Source of the DNA: Gammaproteobacteria bacterium
GTDB taxonomy: Bacteria; Pseudomonadota; Gammaproteobacteria; UBA4575
DNA length: 64,000 nucleotides
Direction: 5' to 3'
Assembly: GCA_965222615.1 (NCBI GenBank)
Contig: CBDCUI010000007.1
Location: forward strand, 758,885 to 822,884
The notes under the pieces were generated by a model. It was not told the origin of the DNA. It searched no databases and saw nothing but the letters and a program-made list of their open reading frames with translations. Of the stretch, positions 57,944-64,000 are shown one piece after another. The first letter of the stretch is position 1. Every line of letters begins with the position of its first letter. Both the position numbers and the translations under genes were made by a program.

Positions 57944-58987
57944 ATGAAACATCTAAACATAGTTGGCGTTGATTTAGCAAAAAACGTAATCCAAGTTTGC
58001 GTGATGCGCGCGCAGCGACAAGAAGTAATCAATCGTTCCTATAGTCGTACTAAATTTGCAGTATTTCTCGTTAAACAACAGCGCAGTGTCATCGCCTTTG
58101 AAGCATGTGCCAGTAGTCATTATTGGGCACGAAAAGCCAAAGCATTGGGGCATACCATCAAAATCATTCCGGCAAAAGCGATCACACCGTATCGTCAAGG
58201 CCATAAAACCGATATCAATGATGCCCGCGCGATCGCTGAAGCGGCGAGCCGTCCCCACCTACTTGAAGCCCCATTAAAGAGTGTTGAACAACAAGGCTTG
58301 CAAGCCGTACAACGTTCAAGAGAGCTTTTGGTACAAGAGCGAACCGGTCTATCCAACCACATCCGTGGCATATTGATGGAATTTGGCATCGTCATTCCTA
58401 AAGGCTTTGCCGCCTTGCATCAACAGATACCCGAGGTACTAGAAGATGGGGAGAACGAGCTACCCGATCTATATCGCCCGACGTTACAGATATTGTACGA
58501 ACGCTTAGTGCAACTCAAAACAACCATCACGATACTTGATCAACAAATTGCCGCCCTCATCAAACAACATCCAGGTTGCGAAACGCTCATGAAGATAGAA
58601 GGTGTGGGCCCAATCAGTGCGATATTACTGTATGCCAGCCTTGGTAGTGGCGATGCGTTTAGCCAAGGTAGACAATATGCGGCGTACTTAGGGTTAACGC
58701 CCAAGCAATACAGCAGTGGCGGGAAAACGAATCTTATTGGGATAAGTAAAAAGGTTGCGAATAAACGTTTGCGCTCCGTACTCATTCAAGGAGCACGTGC
58801 TTATGTGCACAAGCTCAAAGAACCGAAAAGCCAAAAAGATCGCTGGCTGCTGGCACTGATTGAACGTGCCGGCTATGGCAAGGCGGCGGTAGCGTTAGCC
58901 AACAAAAATGTGCGCACCGCATGGGCCATGCTGACCCGGGGGACAACGTACAATAAACAACATACAACCACGATGCACATTGCATAA
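57944..58987 (+). CDS. IS110-family transposase (B)
   Basis: GVDLAK, FEAC, KTDINDA, YSSGGK, GISK, AVALANK. Confidence 0.95.
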   Translation: MKHLNIVGVDLAKNVIQVCVMRAQRQEVINRSYSRTKFAVFLVKQQRSVIAFEACASSHYWARKAKALGHTIKIIPAKAITPYRQGHKTDINDARAIAEAASRPHLLEAPLKSVEQQGLQAVQRSRELLVQERTGLSNHIRGILMEFGIVIPKGFAALHQQIPEVLEDGENELPDLYRPTLQILYERLVQLKTTITILDQQIAALIKQHPGCETLMKIEGVGPISAILLYASLGSGDAFSQGRQYAAYLGLTPKQYSSGGKTNLIGISKKVANKRLRSVLIQGARAYVHKLKEPKSQKDRWLLALIERAGYGKAAVALANKNVRTAWAMLTRGTTYNKQHTTTMHIA

Positions 58988-59009
58988 AAACAAAACCAAG
59001 ACACTACGT

Positions 59010-59205
59010 TACATAAAAGTGTAGAAGAGGTTAGGCAAGTAGACCTAGGTAAAGAATAAAGAGATTCGCTTCGATGAAACCTGCTCCGCTTTGAGGATAA
59101 ATAGAATCCATCGACCCAATGAGGCATCGAAGTGCGCATACATACAGGGCTAGAAGATCGCAACTTCACGAAAAAGCCGAATATACATCTGCGTCTTTTT
59201 CTTTA
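59010..59205 (+). ncRNA. Predicted bridge/seekRNA of element B
   Basis: Stem CTTCGATG/CATCGAAG enclosing TCCGCTTTG and ATCGACCCAA; donor loop CATACAT/ATATACA; ends approximate. Confidence 0.85.
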
Positions 59206-59309
59206 TCAATTTCTGTTTGCTAAACTGGCGGTGTCCATATACAAAGCGGACATTTCAGAGTTTAAACAAACGCAGTGATATCCACGTAAAAATACATGGT
59301 ATTTCAGTT

Positions 59310-60017
59310 ATGTTTAATAAATTAATAGTTTCAATCCTGGTTTTGTTGCTTTGCGCTTGTGGCAACGAAGTTGACTCTGAGGTTAGCTCTGAAGTTGATT
59401 ACTATGAATTTGATTTCACAAACAAAGAAAAGACAGAAAAGATTACTTTACGATTTAGTAATGCTAACGTTTCTAGATTTCCAGGATGGGAGCATGATCG
59501 CAATAGACGCGTGTCTGTTTCATTGTGGTATCCATCATTATTAGATGCGGCTTCTCCAAATGTTTGGATGTCAAAAAGTGAAGAGCAAGAAAAGCTGAGT
59601 ACCAAGCCAAATCCTGAAGATAGAAAAATCAATTTAAGAGTTGGCGCTTCCAGTAGTAATACTATCCTAGACCCTAGTATGACTCTTGAAGAGAAAACGA
59701 CATTTCATTGTCATATTGATGGCAGACTTAAAAAATTCTCGGAAGACGGACAAGCCGGTAATTTTTATCGTTATAAGTTTACTGAAGAGACTAAACCCCC
59801 AAGAATTCATTACCTATACCACCCAATCGAAAAAATAAAAGGGATATATTGTATAAAGTGTAATGGAACAACTTGCCAGCTAATTGGAATAACTGATTTT
59901 GGTGTAAGTTATACAGCTCTTGAAAGTTATGTTGAAGGGAGAATGGTAGATGAAGCAATAGAAATTCATGGGGGTATTAATGAATATCTACAAAATAAGG
60001 TTGTTACGAGCAAATAA
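59310..60017 (+). CDS. Hypothetical lipoprotein (cassette)
   Basis: MFNKLIVSILVLLLCA-C lipobox; the ORF-track start at 59217 lies inside the IS end. Confidence 0.75.
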   Translation: MFNKLIVSILVLLLCACGNEVDSEVSSEVDYYEFDFTNKEKTEKITLRFSNANVSRFPGWEHDRNRRVSVSLWYPSLLDAASPNVWMSKSEEQEKLSTKPNPEDRKINLRVGASSSNTILDPSMTLEEKTTFHCHIDGRLKKFSEDGQAGNFYRYKFTEETKPPRIHYLYHPIEKIKGIYCIKCNGTTCQLIGITDFGVSYTALESYVEGRMVDEAIEIHGGINEYLQNKVVTSK

Positions 60018-60058
60018 TTATTAAATTGATAATAGAAGGAAAGACTGCTTTGGATGTC

Positions 60059-60086
60059 ATGTCCGCTAATGGCCGAAAGCGGTCAT
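60059..60086 (+). repeat. Intact 28-bp site (downstream type)
   Basis: ATGTCCGCTAA-TGGCCG-AAAGCGGTCAT. Confidence 0.85.
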
Positions 60087-60114
60087 AATTTAAATCTTTA
60101 TAAGGGAAAATTGG

Positions 60115-60143
60115 TTGGAAACTCAAATATCAAGTTCTAAAAC
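60115..60143 (+). promoter_or_regulatory. Linker promoter 2
   Basis: TTGGAA-N17-TAAAAC. Confidence 0.5.
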
Positions 60144-60169
60144 GACTGCTAACGACCCAAAGCGGACAT
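60142..60169 (+). repeat. Intact 28-bp site (upstream type; empty target for element B)
   Basis: ACGACTGCTAA-CGACCC-AAAGCGGACAT. Confidence 0.85.
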
Positions 60170-60184
60170 TTTAAATTTAATGAA

Positions 60185-60406
60185 ATGGCAACTGAACAAC
60201 TAACTTTTATTCTATTCAGTTTAGTTTGGTTCTTGATAGGTATTGGTCTCATATTTGTAAAAATAGATGCTGATAATCTGAAATCCAAATCTCATGCTAT
60301 GCCAGGACTTGCATTGTTTCGATTTTCTTTGTTCAGATGGGGAGCAGTATTAGTTTGTATTATTGGTAGCACAATATTTTTGTTATTGGGCCTTCGTTGG
60401 TTATAA
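60185..60406 (+). CDS. Small 2-TM membrane protein (cassette)
   Basis: 73 aa, fills the space between two sites. Confidence 0.7.
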   Translation: MATEQLTFILFSLVWFLIGIGLIFVKIDADNLKSKSHAMPGLALFRFSLFRWGAVLVCIIGSTIFLLLGLRWL

Positions 60407-60445
60407 AATCGAATGACCGTATATGGCCTCCCTCCGTTTGCAAGC

Positions 60446-60656
60446 AAAATATTCAATGACAAAGTAGAGTCGACTGCACACGTATATTCGGCCTCTATTG
60501 ATAGCAAGCGTTGATGCTGGGCCAGGATGGTGTATTCGCACCTAAGCACCCAATCGCTATTACGTACTCGAAGTACCTGGACATTCACGGGTTACGCTTA
60601 GGTCGGTTCGACCGGTTTGCCATCTAATAAATTACTTTGCAATCGTGGTAGATAAT
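60446..60656 (-). ncRNA. Predicted bridge/seekRNA of element A, copy 2
   Basis: Reverse complement of 31140-31350. Confidence 0.8.
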
Positions 60657-60699
60657 CCTCTTAAGTGTAAGTACATGTAATTTCGTTAATTGTTTTATT

Positions 60700-61734
60700 T
60701 CACATAAGCGCAAAGTTCGGATCATATTCACTTTCATCTCGCAACATTGCAAATGCCATACGCACGGTTTTATTCGCCAGTGCGACAGCGGCCACATTCG
60801 TATGTTTGGTTTTAGAAAGATGCGTGACCCACTGACTCAATCGATCCTCTTTATGTTTCGCTTGCGAGACGACAGCCCTTGCTCCGTGAATGAGTAAGGT
60901 GCGCAGATAGGCATCGCCGCGTTTACTGATTTCCAGTAAACGCTCTTTATTGCCTGAACTGTGTTGTCTGGGGGTTAAGCCTAAGGCTGCCGCCATCTGG
61001 CGACTGCTCTTGTATTGTTTGGCATCGCCTACCGTGGCAATCAATGCTGTGGCCACCATCGGCCCGACCCCTCGTAGCTGTTGTAGACGCTTGGTGACTT
61101 CGTTTTGTTTGGCCTGTTGTTCAATCGTTTGATCAAGTTCTTTTACACGCGCATCTAATGTTAGTACGTCATGTTGAAGTCCCTGTAGTAAAGAACGAAA
61201 GTGTGGCGTTAAGCCATTCTCTCCGTCTTCTAACCAAGTCGGTATTGCAGCGCGTAATCGATGTAACTGTTGGGGTGCGACTAAGCCATATTCACTCACT
61301 AAGCCTCGAATCTGATTGGCTTTAGCGGTGCGTTGTTGCACCAAAGTATTACGCACACGATGCAGGGCCTGAATGTCTTGCTGTTCAATACTTTTGATCG
61401 TGACAAAGCGCATGTTGGGGCGACTCATGGCTTCGCAAATGGCTTCGGCATCGTTGGCATCATTCTTGTTGCTCTTTACATAAGGCTTTACAAACTGGGG
61501 TGCAATCAATTTCACCACATAGCCTCGTTGTTGTAATACACGAGCCCAGTGGTGTGCACCCGAACAGGCCTCCATGCCAATCTCACCACCCGGTTCAACA
61601 TGCTCCACTAATACCTTAAGCCACTTGCTTCGAGATAAGCGTCGTTTGAATACGCACTTTCCCGTGCGATCCACCCCGTGTAGTTGAAAAACATGCTTTG
61701 CCAAATCCACACCCATGCGTGTAATCTTGTTCAT
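60700..61734 (-). CDS. IS110-family transposase (A)
   Basis: Translation identical to 30061..31095. Confidence 0.95.
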   Translation of the reverse strand: MNKITRMGVDLAKHVFQLHGVDRTGKCVFKRRLSRSKWLKVLVEHVEPGGEIGMEACSGAHHWARVLQQRGYVVKLIAPQFVKPYVKSNKNDANDAEAICEAMSRPNMRFVTIKSIEQQDIQALHRVRNTLVQQRTAKANQIRGLVSEYGLVAPQQLHRLRAAIPTWLEDGENGLTPHFRSLLQGLQHDVLTLDARVKELDQTIEQQAKQNEVTKRLQQLRGVGPMVATALIATVGDAKQYKSSRQMAAALGLTPRQHSSGNKERLLEISKRGDAYLRTLLIHGARAVVSQAKHKEDRLSQWVTHLSKTKHTNVAAVALANKTVRMAFAMLRDESEYDPNFALM

Positions 61735-61866
61735 GTATGGTCTCCTTTATTCAAAGTAACTGGTTCTATCGCTTCCAGTATGGGCACATTACGATGCCGT
61801 TTAAAGTTGAGGGAGGCCATACCATTGCTATTGGCCGAAAGCGGACAAAATCTAAAGGGAAACTGG

Positions 61867-61895
61867 TTGGATTCAATGAAATACAAACTTAAAAT
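61867..61895 (+). promoter_or_regulatory. Linker promoter 3
   Basis: TTGGAT-N17-TAAAAT. Confidence 0.6.
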
Positions 61896-61981
61896 GTCTC
61901 CTTACGACCCAATGTATGGACACCTCCAAGCTAAGCAATTAGTTTGTGTGGTGTTAGAAACACAAAAGAAGGAGTCCATAC

Positions 61982-63025
61982 ATGAAACATCTAAACATAG
62001 TTGGCGTTGATTTAGCAAAAAACGTAATCCAAGTTTGCGTGATGCGCGCGCAGCGACAAGAAGTAATCAATCGTTCCTATAGTCGTACTAAATTTGCAGT
62101 ATTTCTCGTTAAACAACAGCGCAGTGTCATCGCCTTTGAAGCATGTGCCAGTAGTCATTATTGGGCACGAAAAGCCAAAGCATTGGGGCATACCATCAAA
62201 ATCATTCCGGCAAAAGCGATCACACCGTATCGTCAAGGCCATAAAACCGATATCAATGATGCCCGCGCGATCGCTGAAGCGGCGAGCCGTCCCCACCTAC
62301 TTGAAGCCCCATTAAAGAGTGTTGAACAACAAGGCTTGCAAGCCGTACAACGTTCAAGAGAGCTTTTGGTACAAGAGCGAACCGGTCTATCCAACCACAT
62401 CCGTGGCATATTGATGGAATTTGGCATCGTCATTCCTAAAGGCTTTGCCGCCTTGCATCAACAGATACCCGAGGTACTAGAAGATGGGGAGAACGAGCTA
62501 CCCGATCTATATCGCCCGACGTTACAGATATTGTACGAACGCTTAGTGCAACTCAAAACAACCATCACGATACTTGATCAACAAATTGCCGCCCTCATCA
62601 AACAACATCCAGGTTGCGAAACGCTCATGAAGATAGAAGGTGTGGGCCCAATCAGTGCGATATTACTGTATGCCAGCCTTGGTAGTGGCGATGCGTTTAG
62701 CCAAGGTAGACAATATGCGGCGTACTTAGGGTTAACGCCCAAGCAATACAGCAGTGGCGGGAAAACGAATCTTATTGGGATAAGTAAAAAGGTTGCGAAT
62801 AAACGTTTGCGCTCCGTACTCATTCAAGGAGCACGTGCTTATGTGCACAAGCTCAAAGAACCGAAAAGCCAAAAAGATCGCTGGCTGCTGGCACTGATTG
62901 AACGTGCCGGCTATGGCAAGGCGGCGGTAGCGTTAGCCAACAAAAATGTGCGCACCGCATGGGCCATGCTGACCCGGGGGACAACGTACAATAAACAACA
63001 TACAACCACGATGCACATTGCATAA
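61982..63025 (+). CDS. IS110-family transposase (B)
   Basis: Translation identical to 57944..58987. Confidence 0.95.
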   Translation: MKHLNIVGVDLAKNVIQVCVMRAQRQEVINRSYSRTKFAVFLVKQQRSVIAFEACASSHYWARKAKALGHTIKIIPAKAITPYRQGHKTDINDARAIAEAASRPHLLEAPLKSVEQQGLQAVQRSRELLVQERTGLSNHIRGILMEFGIVIPKGFAALHQQIPEVLEDGENELPDLYRPTLQILYERLVQLKTTITILDQQIAALIKQHPGCETLMKIEGVGPISAILLYASLGSGDAFSQGRQYAAYLGLTPKQYSSGGKTNLIGISKKVANKRLRSVLIQGARAYVHKLKEPKSQKDRWLLALIERAGYGKAAVALANKNVRTAWAMLTRGTTYNKQHTTTMHIA

Positions 63026-63047
63026 AAACAAAACCAAGACACTACGT

Positions 63048-63243
63048 TACATAAAAGTGTAGAAGAGGTTAGGCAAGTAGACCTAGGTAAAGAATAAAGA
63101 GATTCGCTTCGATGAAACCTGCTCCGCTTTGAGGATAAATAGAATCCATCGACCCAATGAGGCATCGAAGTGCGCATACATACAGGGCTAGAAGATCGCA
63201 ACTTCACGAAAAAGCCGAATATACATCTGCGTCTTTTTCTTTA
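63048..63243 (+). ncRNA. Predicted bridge/seekRNA of element B, copy 2
   Basis: Same sequence as 59010-59205. Confidence 0.85.
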
Positions 63244-63302
63244 TCAATTTCTGTTTGCTAAACTGGCGGTGTCCATATACAAAGCGGACATTTATAAAAT
63301 AA

Positions 63303-63650
63303 ATGAGTAAATTGAATTTAAACGGCAGCTGGCTAATGCCTATGCTTTATTTGTTAGCATTAATAATCGCTATTTATTTTATATGGCTTTACCAAATTGA
63401 TGATTTTACGAATGATAATGTAGAGGGAATAAGACAGTTTTATTGGGTTGTAGCTATCGCCCTTGCTGGCTGCCAAGCCTTTTTAATAGTTTTATATTTC
63501 ATCAATAACTTCCTTGTTAAGCCAGCATCACTCTACATATTTGCAATATTATTAGTTGTGCCATTTGTTTGCATACTTACTTGGGTGAATTTCATAAAGA
63601 CGGGTGAAATTGATTTTTTAGAAACAATAACAAAGCTTATTGGAATTTAA
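63303..63650 (+). CDS. Small 3-TM membrane protein (cassette)
   Basis: 115 aa; starts 11 bp after one site and stops 3 bp before the next. Confidence 0.75.
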   Translation: MSKLNLNGSWLMPMLYLLALIIAIYFIWLYQIDDFTNDNVEGIRQFYWVVAIALAGCQAFLIVLYFINNFLVKPASLYIFAILLVVPFVCILTWVNFIKTGEIDFLETITKLIGI

Positions 63651-63653
63651 TAA

Positions 63654-63681
63654 ATGACAGCTATTGGCCGAAAGGAAACAT
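63654..63681 (+). repeat. 28-bp site (downstream type, somewhat diverged)
   Basis: ATGACAGCTAT-TGGCCG-AAAGGAAACAT. Confidence 0.8.
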
Positions 63682-63699
63682 AAAATGGGACGCAGTTGG

Positions 63700-63728
63700 T
63701 TGGAATCAATTACATACAAGTGCAAAAT
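63700..63728 (+). promoter_or_regulatory. Linker promoter 4
   Basis: TTGGAA-N17-CAAAAT. Confidence 0.5.
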
Positions 63729-63745
63729 GACTGCTATCGACCCAA

Positions 63746-64000
63746 TGTATGGACACCTCCAAGCTAAGCAATTAGTTTGTGTGGTGTTAGAAACACAAAA
63801 GAAGGAGTCCATACATGAAACATCTAAACATAGTTGGCGTTGATTTAGCAAAAAACGTAATCCAAGTTTGCGTGATGCGCGCGCAGCGACAAGAAGTAAT
63901 CAATCGTTCCTATAGTCGTACTAAATTTGCAGTATTTCTCGTTAAACAACAGCGCAGTGTCATCGCCTTTGAAGCATGTGCCAGTAGTCATTATTGGGCA
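63746..64000 (+). mobile_element. IS1111-type element B, copy 3 (cut by window end; transposase starts 63815)
   Basis: Left end and 5' coding sequence match copies 1 and 2. Confidence 0.9.

Larger units (their letters stand above)
57875..59244 (+). mobile_element. IS1111-type element B, copy 1 (1370 bp)
   Basis: Subterminal IRs TATGGACACC/GGTGTCCATA; CAA core on both flanks. Confidence 0.92.
60420..61827 (-). mobile_element. IS1111-type element A, copy 2 (1408 bp)
   Basis: Same length, ends and protein as copy 1. Confidence 0.92.
61913..63282 (+). mobile_element. IS1111-type element B, copy 2
   Basis: Same ends and length as copy 1 (offset 4038 bp). Confidence 0.92.
54657..64000. other. 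Array of single-gene cassettes bounded by 28-bp sites, with promoter linkers (runs off the window)
   Basis: Nine sites (3 intact, 6 split by IS), four linkers, four cargo genes. Confidence 0.8.

Noticed and set aside
60059-60169. 28-bp sites as canonical XerC/D dif or pdif sites
   Set aside because: Same geometry, but no resemblance to the XerD arm TTATGTTAAAT or to the XerC arm.
54657-64000. Array as a classical integron or CRISPR array
   Set aside because: Sites lack attC core motifs and are only 28 bp; the intervals are whole genes or promoter linkers, not uniform spacers; no intI or cas gene in the window.

Overview
64 kb of a gammaproteobacterial chromosome. Most of it is housekeeping: M16 peptidases-rsmD-coaD-ggt, mutM, a Gld-like ABC system, rpmB/G, folB/K, cca, trxA-rho, purD/H, fis-dusB, prmA-accC-accB-aroQ, msrA, metF-metH, an MCP, dsbD-cutA and fxsA-groES-groEL. 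Three accessory islets interrupt it (15.1-17.2 kb, 29.7-32.1 kb, and 54.3 kb to the window end). The main result is in the last islet: an array of single small AT-rich membrane/lipoprotein genes, each bounded by 28-bp quasi-palindromic sites with an 11-6-11 layout. The sites are not attC, dif or CRISPR repeats. Cassettes are separated by 45- or 55-bp linkers, each carrying a sigma70-like promoter with a 17-bp spacer. No recombinase for these sites is in the window. All seven IS copies (six IS110-family/IS1111-type of three kinds, one IS30) sit inside these sites. The right-end noncoding regions of the IS1111-type elements contain readable bridge/seekRNA guides matching the sites. Also found: tandem SAM-II-like riboswitches before metF, a 53-bp repeat array with codon-like divergence at the msrA 3' end, decayed attC-like cassettes, a CIRCE element and several dispersed repeats. 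All calls were made by eye; no database searches were run.
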